Position numbers and translations under genes: made by a program
NCBI GenBank assembly: GCA_900322025.1
Contig: ONYJ01000034.1
Coordinates: forward strand, 1-39,882
Origin: an uncultured Bacteroidales bacterium
GTDB lineage: Bacteria; Bacteroidota; Bacteroidia; Bacteroidales; UBA932
DNA: 39,882 nucleotides
Direction of reading: 5' to 3'
The notes under the pieces: generated by a model
Database searches by the model: none
Told to the model about the DNA's origin: nothing
Seen by the model: only the letters and a program-made list of their open reading frames with translations
Part shown: in pieces, positions 28,866-36,973 of the stretch
Layout: each line of letters starts with the position of its first letter
How positions within the stretch are numbered: position 1 is the stretch's first letter

Positions 28866-29597
28866 TTATTTCTTATAAAAATCTGCTATGAATGCCAGTC
28901 CTTGCAATACCATGTCCTGTGTTGCAAAAACCGTATGTTTTATCTTGTGTGCAAAATAAAAAGAATCTCCTCCTGTAAAAATTATTGTATGTTGTGGATA
29001 TCTTTTTATGTAACCCTCTACTTCAAATATCAGACCGTAAACCACTCCGGCGCTCATTGCTCCGGTTGTGGTAACTCCCACAGGTGGAAATTCATCATCT
29101 GGAGTTATAAAAGGCAAAAGACCGGTAAACTGGTTTAGAGCTCTAAAACGGCTACGCATACCCAAAGAAATATTTCCTCCAAGATAATGGCCGTTACGAT
29201 CTATAAAATCTACCGTCATGGCTGTTCCAAAATCAAACTTTATACAGTCTTGTCCTTTAAACATACAGGCTACGGCAACAGCTGCAGCTATTCTGTCTGC
29301 TCCTAATTCAGTGGCATCAAAACCATAACACAAATCTACCGGAAGTTTTGTTTTGTAGTCTAACATTATCAGTCTGCGACACAATGGTTTAAGGGCCGCC
29401 TCTATAGGGGCGTTTGCCGTGCGAACATTGCTAACAACCATGGTATCTATTTCGTACTCGCCTGAGTTTATGATACTCTTGATGAATTGTACCGCATCTC
29501 TATCTGCCGAACGATGCAATTTACCCATGGTTGAGTTGTAGTAAAAAACTACCTTAGCATTTGTATTTCCTATGTCCACAAGAAGGTTTGTCTCCAT
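28866..29597 (-). CDS. coaX: type III pantothenate kinase
   Basis: It has LLVDIGNTNAKV (phosphate-1), GADRIAAAVA, and an FDFGTAMT / TGGDS pattern. I place the start at the ATG at 29597. The track start at 29639 is a GTG and would contain the TATATTTG box. Confidence 0.9.
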   Translation of the reverse strand: METNLLVDIGNTNAKVVFYYNSTMGKLHRSADRDAVQFIKSIINSGEYEIDTMVVSNVRTANAPIEAALKPLCRRLIMLDYKTKLPVDLCYGFDATELGADRIAAAVAVACMFKGQDCIKFDFGTAMTVDFIDRNGHYLGGNISLGMRSRFRALNQFTGLLPFITPDDEFPPVGVTTTGAMSAGVVYGLIFEVEGYIKRYPQHTIIFTGGDSFYFAHKIKHTVFATQDMVLQGLAFIADFYKK

Positions 29598-29605
29598 ATA
29601 AGGTC

Positions 29606-29613
29606 CAAATATA
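29606..29613 (-). promoter_or_regulatory. candidate -7 promoter box (TATATTTG) 8 nt upstream of the coaX ATG
   Basis: Plus-strand CAAATATA at 29606..29613 is TATATTTG on the minus strand. It lies between the mfd stop (29641) and the coaX ATG (29597). Confidence 0.5.
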
Positions 29614-29640
29614 GTGATAAAAAGTATATGATATACCACC

Positions 29641-32600
29641 TTACTTTAGAGACAACAGCACAGAGTAGGCTTTGCTGATAGAATCTATTCTGAGAACTTT
29701 TACGCTCAACTTGTTTTTTTCTTGCTGATAATTTACTTTACCTATTCGCTTTATCGAAATATTACGCATTATATTTTGGAAGGTTTCTGTTTTGTAAAAG
29801 ACTGAGTTTTGGTCTGATATAAAATATATTATCATTACTCCCTCTCTCAAAACCACCTTTTCTATTCCGAGGCTTATGGCCAGTTGTCTTAAACGCACCA
29901 CATAAGATAGTTGTATTACTTGCTCAGGAGGAACGCCAAATCTGTCTTGTAAACTTGCAAGAAAAGCTTCTGTTTCCTTTTCGGTTTTCATGGCATCGAG
30001 TTCTTTATAGAGCCTGATTTTTTCTGATGTCTGAGAAATATAATCGTCCGGAATATATATTTCCAAATCTGTATCTATACTGCAATCAGATACAAAAATC
30101 ATATCTTCAGGTACTTCCTGCATTACATCCTGCCTCTTGGCATTGATTTCTATAAAGGCCTCGTTAAGAATCTTTTGATATGTTTCAAAACCCATATCTG
30201 CTATAAAGCCACTTTGTTCCCCGCCCAATAAATTTCCGGCTCCTCTTATATCTAAATCTTGCATAGCTATATTAAAGCCGCTGCCTAATTCAGAAAAAGC
30301 CTCGATAGCTTTTATTCTTCTCTTGGCATCCTCTGAAATAGAGGTCATCGGCGGAATTATCAGATAGCAATAAGCTTTTATTCCAGATCTGCCAACACGA
30401 CCTCTTAACTGATGCAAATCGCTTAGGCCAAACATATGTGCTTGGTTGATAATCATTGTATTGGCATTTGGTATATCTATGCCGTTTTCTATAATTGTAG
30501 TAGATATCAGAACATCATAATCTCCCCGTATAAAGCCTAATATTCTATTTTCTAGTTCCGTGGCCTCCATCTGACCATGACCGGTTATGGTTTTGGCTTT
30601 TGGAGAAAGTCTGTTTATCATTTGTTCTACAGCAAGTATATCTTCTACTCTGTTGTGTACAAAGAATACCTGTCCTCCTCTGTTAAGCTCATATTCAATA
30701 GCTTCCCTTATATATTCCTCGTTAAAATCTATTATTTCCGTCTGCACCGGCAAACGGTTTGGCGGAGGTGTGTTTATTATAGACAAATCTCGTGCTCCAA
30801 GCAACGAAAACTGAAGCGTTCTCGGAATAGGAGTAGCTGTAAGAGTCAGGGTATCAACTTCTACTTTCAGTTGCCTTAGCCGCTCTTTTGCAGAAACCCC
30901 AAATTTTTGTTCCTCATCTACTATCAAAAGCCCTAAATCTTTAAATTTAATTTGCTTATTAAGAAGACGATGAGTACCTATTATTATATCTATCTTTCCG
31001 TCTGCAAGATTTTTTATAATTTCTTTAATGTCTTTGGTTATTCGTAATCTGCTCAGATAATCTATCCTACACGGAAATTTAGCAAGGCGTTCTGTAAATG
31101 TTTTATAATGTTGAAGTGCGAGTATTGTGGTTGGAACCAAAACGCATACTTGTTTGTTATCGCAAACAGCCTTGAACGCTGCTCTTATAGCTATTTCTGT
31201 TTTTCCAAATCCCACATCTCCACAAATTAACCTATCCATAGGACTAGAGCTTTCCATATCGTGCTTTACAGCCTTGGTGGCGCTTAGCTGGTCTGGGGTA
31301 TCTTCAAAAACAAAAGAAGCCTCTAACTCGTGCTGCATATAATTATCTTCGGAAAAGGCAAAGCCTCGTGCCTGCTTTCTTTCTGCATATAAGTTTATTA
31401 GCTCCTCTGCTATGTCTTTTATTCTGGCCTTGGTTGTGGCTTTTAACTTGTTCCAAGCATTGCCTCCTAACTTATATATTTTAGGAGGTAGTCCGTCTTT
31501 AGACTTGTATTTAGAAATCTTATGTAATCCGTGAACAGAAACAAAAATTACATCCCCATCGCGATATGTAATTTTTACAGCCTCTTGAAGCTTGCCGCCT
31601 ATGTTTGTTTTTAACAGTCCTCCAAAAATCCCTACTCCATGATCTATGTGTACAATATAATCTCCTATGTGAAAAGCATTTAAATCGGCCAAAGCTAACC
31701 TTTCGCTACGTTCTACTTCTCTGCGTATTTTTACTCTGTGATACCTTTCGAATATTTGATGATCTGTATATATACATATCTTGGCATCATTACATATAAA
31801 ACCTTGATGATTAGAATATTCTATACTATTGAAATATGGATATTCTCCTTCTGATACTATATGAGAGGAATCGCGGAAGATATTTTTTATGCGTTCTATC
31901 TGATCTTTCGAAGAGGAGCTTATAAATACCTGAAAGCCTCTGCTGTTCTTTTTTCTAATATCGTCTGCAAGCAGGGCAAAATTTTTATTAAAACTTGGCT
32001 GTGGGCTGCAATCTAAGTTTGCTACTTTTATTTTTTGTTCTTCGGATGCTGCATAGATTGTTTTACCATTGATGTACACTATTTTTTTACCGGATTCTAC
32101 CTCCGAAACAGACTCAAATGTATTATTCCATACAACACAGTTTTCGTTACTTACATACTGCAACAAGCTCTGCCCTCCGTGAGCCATTATGTTAGATGGA
32201 TTATAAATATCCGGAAAGATTTCTACACTCTCTACAGATTTGTCTGAACGCTGAGTGTTTACATTAAACTTTTTTATGCTTTCTACTGTATTTCCAAAGA
32301 AATCTATTCTGTAAGGAACATTATCTGAATAAGAAAATATATCTATTATACCGCCCCTTATTGCAAACTGACCTGGTTCAGCAACAAAATCTACTCTTTC
32401 AAAAGATTCTTTTTGAAGGACCTCTTTTAGGTTTTCATAATCTACCTGCTGTCCTACTTCTATCTTCAAGATACTGTTTATTACATCTTTACTGTTGAGT
32501 ATCTTTTCTTTTACAGCTTCTGGGTATGTAACTATGGCTACATTTGAAGATTCTTTACTAAAATTATTGATAGCTGTAAGAGTTATGCTACGCAAAACTT

Positions 32601-32931
32601 TATTTGAGGAATCTTTTATAGAAACTATCTTGGAAGACATAGAAGAGGAAGAAGGGAAATAATAAACCTCTCCCGGAAAAATGTTGTATAAGTCGCCACA
32701 CATATACTCGGCAGCCTCTTTACTATCTTCTATAATAAGATGTATTTGTGCCTTAACACATTTACCAACAACTGCAGATAAAAAGTAAGCTTTAGCACTG
32801 CCAAACAAACCCTTAATTGAAAACAAAGATTCCTTTTCAGTTGGTTCGGTTGGCCTGCATATAAATTCGGAAACATCCGAAACTGCCACAATACTGCTGA
32901 ACTTATCTATTATAGTTTGACTGGTTACCAT
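29641..32931 (-). CDS. mfd: transcription-repair coupling factor Mfd
   Basis: The 1096-aa protein has a CarD/TRCF-like RNAP-interacting segment (GDYIVHIDHGVG), and superfamily-2 helicase motifs GDVGFGKTE, LLIVDEEQKFG, TATPIPRTL and QLRGRVGRS. Confidence 0.95.
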   Translation of the reverse strand: MVTSQTIIDKFSSIVAVSDVSEFICRPTEPTEKESLFSIKGLFGSAKAYFLSAVVGKCVKAQIHLIIEDSKEAAEYMCGDLYNIFPGEVYYFPSSSSMSSKIVSIKDSSNKVLRSITLTAINNFSKESSNVAIVTYPEAVKEKILNSKDVINSILKIEVGQQVDYENLKEVLQKESFERVDFVAEPGQFAIRGGIIDIFSYSDNVPYRIDFFGNTVESIKKFNVNTQRSDKSVESVEIFPDIYNPSNIMAHGGQSLLQYVSNENCVVWNNTFESVSEVESGKKIVYINGKTIYAASEEQKIKVANLDCSPQPSFNKNFALLADDIRKKNSRGFQVFISSSSKDQIERIKNIFRDSSHIVSEGEYPYFNSIEYSNHQGFICNDAKICIYTDHQIFERYHRVKIRREVERSERLALADLNAFHIGDYIVHIDHGVGIFGGLLKTNIGGKLQEAVKITYRDGDVIFVSVHGLHKISKYKSKDGLPPKIYKLGGNAWNKLKATTKARIKDIAEELINLYAERKQARGFAFSEDNYMQHELEASFVFEDTPDQLSATKAVKHDMESSSPMDRLICGDVGFGKTEIAIRAAFKAVCDNKQVCVLVPTTILALQHYKTFTERLAKFPCRIDYLSRLRITKDIKEIIKNLADGKIDIIIGTHRLLNKQIKFKDLGLLIVDEEQKFGVSAKERLRQLKVEVDTLTLTATPIPRTLQFSLLGARDLSIINTPPPNRLPVQTEIIDFNEEYIREAIEYELNRGGQVFFVHNRVEDILAVEQMINRLSPKAKTITGHGQMEATELENRILGFIRGDYDVLISTTIIENGIDIPNANTMIINQAHMFGLSDLHQLRGRVGRSGIKAYCYLIIPPMTSISEDAKRRIKAIEAFSELGSGFNIAMQDLDIRGAGNLLGGEQSGFIADMGFETYQKILNEAFIEINAKRQDVMQEVPEDMIFVSDCSIDTDLEIYIPDDYISQTSEKIRLYKELDAMKTEKETEAFLASLQDRFGVPPEQVIQLSYVVRLRQLAISLGIEKVVLREGVMIIYFISDQNSVFYKTETFQNIMRNISIKRIGKVNYQQEKNKLSVKVLRIDSISKAYSVLLSLK

Positions 32932-32941
32932 ATTGAACCTG

Positions 32942-32949
32942 CAAATTTA
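32942..32949 (-). promoter_or_regulatory. candidate -7 promoter box (TAAATTTG) 10 nt upstream of the mfd ATG
   Basis: Plus-strand CAAATTTA at 32942..32949 is TAAATTTG on the minus strand. It is followed by caggttcaat and then the ATG at 32931. Confidence 0.5.
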
Positions 32950-33293
32950 AAATCTGTTTTTAAATAATTCTCAGATGTTGTTTTTTATTTGCTTAAATTC
33001 AGCTTTAGACTGCTTTTTATCGTAGATTATATTATAAATGTTATAAAACATGTTAGTAGTATTGTTAATAACTTTTTAAGAAAATGTTATAAAAAAATAC
33101 TGTGGAATATTCACAAAAAATCTATCGTTTAATACTAACATTTATAAACAATTATTTTTTATTAAAACCCTTGTAAGATATATTTAAACAGTGTTTTTCT
33201 TTGTTTTTAACATTATCAACACAGTATTATAACTACTTACTTTTTTATTAAAATTTATTTATCTTAAAATAATAAGTCATAGTTATTTTGTTT

Positions 33294-33301
33294 TATATTT
33301 G
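33294..33301 (+). promoter_or_regulatory. candidate -7 promoter box (TATATTTG) 7 nt upstream of the ruvB ATG
   Basis: TATATTTG at 33294..33301 is followed by tgaatgt and then the ATG at 33309. The box lies inside the longer TTG-initiated track ORF, which argues for the 33309 start. Confidence 0.5.
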
Positions 33302-33308
33302 TGAATGT

Positions 33309-34346
33309 ATGGTGTCAGACGATAGTAAAATAGACAAATTTAACCCAAGAGATATAGAGCCATCTACTGAAAGAGAAGTAGAAACTTTAGTCAGGCCAAA
33401 GGAATTTCAAGATTTTTCAGGCCAGGATAAGGTTGTAGAAAATCTGAAGGTTTTTGTAAAGGCAGCCAAGATGCGGGGAGAATCTTTAGACCACACTCTG
33501 CTGTTTGGGCCTCCGGGTCTTGGAAAAACAACTTTGGCTAATATTATAGCAAATGAAATGGGAGTTGATATGAAAGTTACTTCTGGTCCCATTTTGGATA
33601 AACCCGGCGATTTGGCAGGCTTGCTTACTTCGTTAGAAACAGGAGATGTACTTTTTATAGACGAAATTCATCGTTTACCCAAAATTGTAGAAGAATATCT
33701 ATATTCTGCAATGGAAGATTTTCGTATAGATATAATGATAGATAAAGGGCCTGGTGCAAGGAGTGTGCAAATTACATTAAATCCGTTTACCTTAGTTGGT
33801 GCTACCACAAGAAGCGGGTTACTTTCTTCTCCTCTTAGGGCGAGATTTGGAATAAATTGTCATTTAGAATACTACAATAACGAAACTCTTCAAAAAATCA
33901 TCCGAAGATCTGCTCGTATATTAGATATAGATATAGACGATTTAGCTGCTAAAGAAATAGCTTGTCGTAGTAGAGGCACTCCTCGTATTGCAAATTCTTT
34001 ACTGAGGCGTGTAAGGGATTTTGCCCAAGTTAAAGGAAATGGTGAGGTGGATATAACTATTACAAAGTATTCATTAGACGCATTGAATATAGATAAACGT
34101 GGGCTCGATATGATGGATAATAAAATTCTTTCTACAATAATATCCAAGTTTAAGGGAGGACCTGTAGGTCTTACAACAATTGCAACGGCAGTTGGAGAAG
34201 ATGCAGGAACTATAGAAGAAGTTTATGAGCCATTTCTAATTCAGGAAGGTTTTATCCGCCGTACACCTCGCGGAAGAGAAGTTACCGATATGAGTTATAA
34301 ACACCTTGGAATATCTAAATATAAAAACGACTTATCATTGTTCTAA
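33309..34346 (+). CDS. ruvB: Holliday junction branch migration DNA helicase RuvB
   Basis: It has Walker [14 protein letters not shown], Walker [11 protein letters not shown], sensor [21 protein letters not shown], and [18 protein letters not shown]. The start is moved from the TTG at 33288 to the ATG at 33309. Confidence 0.95.
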   Translation: MVSDDSKIDKFNPRDIEPSTEREVETLVRPKEFQDFSGQDKVVENLKVFVKAAKMRGESLDHTLLFGPPGLGKTTLANIIANEMGVDMKVTSGPILDKPGDLAGLLTSLETGDVLFIDEIHRLPKIVEEYLYSAMEDFRIDIMIDKGPGARSVQITLNPFTLVGATTRSGLLSSPLRARFGINCHLEYYNNETLQKIIRRSARILDIDIDDLAAKEIACRSRGTPRIANSLLRRVRDFAQVKGNGEVDITITKYSLDALNIDKRGLDMMDNKILSTIISKFKGGPVGLTTIATAVGEDAGTIEEVYEPFLIQEGFIRRTPRGREVTDMSYKHLGISKYKNDLSLF

Positions 34347-34388
34347 CACAATAAAGACTACATATTTATTATAAAACGATTTATTTTT

Positions 34389-35678
34389 ATGCAGCTTTTC
34401 TCTACAACTTTTTCTTGCAATAGCAGAACAAATCAGGCTTTATTTTCCTCATCCATTTTATTAAAAAGGATTATTATATTAGTGCTGATATCTATATTAT
34501 CTATAGATGTATATGCTTGTACATCAGCAATATTTACAGGAAAGTGTACAAAAGACGGAAGACCTATAATGTGGAAAAACAGAGATACGGGAGAACTTAA
34601 TAACCGTATGCAGTATTTTAAAGGTAAAAAGTACAGCTTCACAGGTCTTGTAAATTCTCCGTCTAAAGAGGGAGAGGTTTGGGCAGGTAGTAATGAAGTA
34701 GGCTTTTGTATAATGAATACTGCTTCTTATAATTTAGCTATTGCCGAAGAAAAAGATTATCAAGATGCAGAAGGAGTTGTAATGTATAAGGCATTAGGTG
34801 TGTGCCGCACTCTCAAAGATTTTGAAAATTTTCTTGACACCATAAAAAAACCTCTTGCTGTTGAAGCTAATTTTGGAGTTATAGATGCAGAAGGTGGAGC
34901 AGCTTATTATGAGGTAAATACAAGAATATGGAAAAAATACGATGCAAATGATACATCCATAGCACCGGATGGATACCTTATATGGACAAACTACTCTCGC
35001 AGTGGAAGAAAAGATGAGGGATTAGGATATATAAGATGGCAAAGTGCTACAGATATAGTAGAGCGTGCTTATAGCGAAGGTGTTAAATTTTCAGCAGAAT
35101 GGGTTGCTGAAAATCTTTCAAGATCTTTCTATCATTCTCTTCTTAAAACAGATTTAAGAACATCCAACTTAACCGATAAAACCAGCGGATGGTTTATGGA
35201 TCAAGACTTTATATCCAGAAAATCTACAAGTGCAGTTTCTATATTCCAAGGAGTAAAGAAAGGAGAAGATGCAAGAAATACTATTTTTTGGAGTGGAATA
35301 GGATATGGTCCGTTGGCCATAATAGTTCCTATATTTATGCTCAATCCTGAAATAATGCCATCTGGCCTATTAAAGGAATCATCAACAACAAACAAGAACA
35401 ATAGTATTGTGTGCGATTATGTTCTCGAGTTAAAGAAACAGCTTTTTCCTATAACAAGAGGTAGCGGCAATAAATATGTGTATTTTGTAAAGCTTTATAA
35501 TTCAGAAGGAAATGGGTTTGCACAACAATTAGCTCCTTTTCAGAAACAAGTGTTTGAAAAAGCCGATCCGGTTATAGAATTATTACGGCAGGGAAAATTA
35601 GACAGCAAGGATATACGCAGTTTTACAGAAGATATAAACAACCTTTTGATGTCTGCATATAAGAACTTGATGCAGTAA
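34389..35678 (+). CDS. secreted or membrane-anchored Cys-nucleophile Ntn-hydrolase-like protein (C45/C59/C69-like; family not resolved)
   Basis: A hydrophobic signal/anchor ends in ...SIDVYA|CTSAIFTGKCTKDGRPIMWKNRDT. A Cys straight after the predicted cleavage site, followed about 20 residues later by an NRD motif, is the pattern of N-terminal-Cys Ntn hydrolases such as choloylglycine hydrolase, acyl-CoA:6-APA acyltransferase and C69 dipeptidases. This assignment is by pattern only. Confidence 0.45.
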   Translation: MQLFSTTFSCNSRTNQALFSSSILLKRIIILVLISILSIDVYACTSAIFTGKCTKDGRPIMWKNRDTGELNNRMQYFKGKKYSFTGLVNSPSKEGEVWAGSNEVGFCIMNTASYNLAIAEEKDYQDAEGVVMYKALGVCRTLKDFENFLDTIKKPLAVEANFGVIDAEGGAAYYEVNTRIWKKYDANDTSIAPDGYLIWTNYSRSGRKDEGLGYIRWQSATDIVERAYSEGVKFSAEWVAENLSRSFYHSLLKTDLRTSNLTDKTSGWFMDQDFISRKSTSAVSIFQGVKKGEDARNTIFWSGIGYGPLAIIVPIFMLNPEIMPSGLLKESSTTNKNNSIVCDYVLELKKQLFPITRGSGNKYVYFVKLYNSEGNGFAQQLAPFQKQVFEKADPVIELLRQGKLDSKDIRSFTEDINNLLMSAYKNLMQ

Positions 35679-35681
35679 TTA

Positions 35682-36203
35682 TTATTTCTTTCTTTCAGGA
35701 CGCTTTTCTAACTTGCCGGCATAGTTGATAAAGTCTCTTTGGATACTTTCAACACTTAGGCGTGTATTGCCGTTACTATATATTTCTACGGTAAAAACAA
35801 ATACTTCTGATTTATATTTGCTTGGTGCAGAAAATTCCAGCACAGCATAGCTGCTTCTCTTAGGAGGATTCTTTGTAACCTTTACATCAACAGGAGTATC
35901 CTCAACATCTATTGCTATTTCGTTGCTATTTAAAAATGCACCATGGGCAGAGCCTATAAAAGGGAGATAGCATGTTAAAATACCATCTTTAAGAGATAGA
36001 AAATATCCGTCCATAGACTCTCTTGGAGGCATAGATTTAGGAATAATTCTGTTTATAACAATGTAAAGATCTAAACTATCGAGATTATCAACTACATTTT
36101 GCAGTGGTTGATCTTTCTGAGTAGAATCTGCAGATATTCCACAAGAACAAAGTGCCGCAAATGCAAAAATTGCAACACAAAGCTTAACAAAGATTGTTTT
36201 CAT
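35682..36203 (-). CDS. small lipoprotein of unknown function, paralog of the adjacent gene (possibly DUF4251-like)
   Basis: It has a signal peptide plus lipobox (FAALCSC). It shares with its neighbour the core DGYFLSLKDGILTCYLPFIGSA (versus DGYFIDVQNDRISCNLPYVGQA) and a C-terminal beta-rich block FVFTVEIYSNGNTRLSVE (versus VILTVQLYTSGKAYAQIE). The DUF name is from memory and not verified. Confidence 0.6.
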   Translation of the reverse strand: MKTIFVKLCVAIFAFAALCSCGISADSTQKDQPLQNVVDNLDSLDLYIVINRIIPKSMPPRESMDGYFLSLKDGILTCYLPFIGSAHGAFLNSNEIAIDVEDTPVDVKVTKNPPKRSSYAVLEFSAPSKYKSEVFVFTVEIYSNGNTRLSVESIQRDFINYAGKLEKRPERKK

Positions 36204-36224
36204 AATACGATAGTATTTATTCTG

Positions 36225-36812
36225 TTAGTTTTCGTTAGGGCGGTGAATTTGTTTTTCTTCCGGCCTTGGTTCAACATCTCCTTCATAGGAAATAAGCTCC
36301 ATACCAGGAATTTCTATCTGTGCATATGCTTTTCCGGAAGTATATAGCTGTACAGTTAATATAACCTGAATAGACTCATTGCCATTGTCGTCATCGTTAT
36401 TCCAAAATATAGTTCTGAAAATGTAGCTTTTCTCTTTTTCCTGCCAGCCTCCAAACACGGTAACAACTTGTTTATCAGCGCAAATATTGATATTTGTGTT
36501 ACTTAAATTGTATGGGGTGTTGGAACTTCTTTCAGCCTGTCCTACATACGGAAGGTTACAAGATATGCGATCGTTCTGAACATCTATAAAATAACCATCT
36601 TTGCTATAACTTATGTGTTGCGCCGTGCCGCTTTTAGGAAAGAATCTTCCTACTGCAATAAAGAAATCTCTTCCAGCTGCACCGTCCTGTACCATTTTGG
36701 CAATTCTTGCCCTTCTTTCTTTACCGCTTTCTTTCTTTTTCTGTGCTTCTGCCGGAGAACATATTAAAATAGCGGCAAGAAGAATAGTTGTAATGGTCCA
36801 AAATTTTTTCAT
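36225..36812 (-). CDS. small lipoprotein or secreted protein of unknown function, tandem paralog of 35682..36203
   Basis: The signal peptide is MKKFWTITTILLAAILICSPAEAQ, followed by a Lys/Arg-rich linker and the same conserved core as the downstream gene. It has a 21-nt gap to the paralog. Confidence 0.6.
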   Translation of the reverse strand: MKKFWTITTILLAAILICSPAEAQKKKESGKERRARIAKMVQDGAAGRDFFIAVGRFFPKSGTAQHISYSKDGYFIDVQNDRISCNLPYVGQAERSSNTPYNLSNTNINICADKQVVTVFGGWQEKEKSYIFRTIFWNNDDDNGNESIQVILTVQLYTSGKAYAQIEIPGMELISYEGDVEPRPEEKQIHRPNEN

Positions 36813-36878
36813 AAAACATATAATTTAAATTAACACCTATTAACTATCAATAATATAAGGTAAAAAAGACACCGAGAA

Positions 36879-36886
36879 CAAATATA
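36879..36886 (-). promoter_or_regulatory. candidate -7 promoter box (TATATTTG) for the tandem lipoprotein genes
   Basis: Plus-strand CAAATATA at 36879..36886 is TATATTTG on the minus strand, 66 nt upstream of the ATG at 36812. Confidence 0.4.
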
Positions 36887-36973
36887 GTAATTTAATCTTT
36901 TTGAAATAACGGAAAAAGTGGTTAAACTTGTAGGAGATTTCCTTAACGTCAACACTTATTTAATACTACTCAA

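Noticed and set aside
32950-33293. Possibility that the AT-rich mfd/ruvB spacer is a replication origin (DnaA boxes).
   Set aside because: Only one 8/9 match to TTATCCACA (TTATCAACA at 33213..33221) and one weaker match (TGTGGAATA) are present. There is no cluster of boxes, no dnaA, dnaN or other origin-linked gene nearby, and no obvious AT-rich 13-mer array typical of a DNA-unwinding element.
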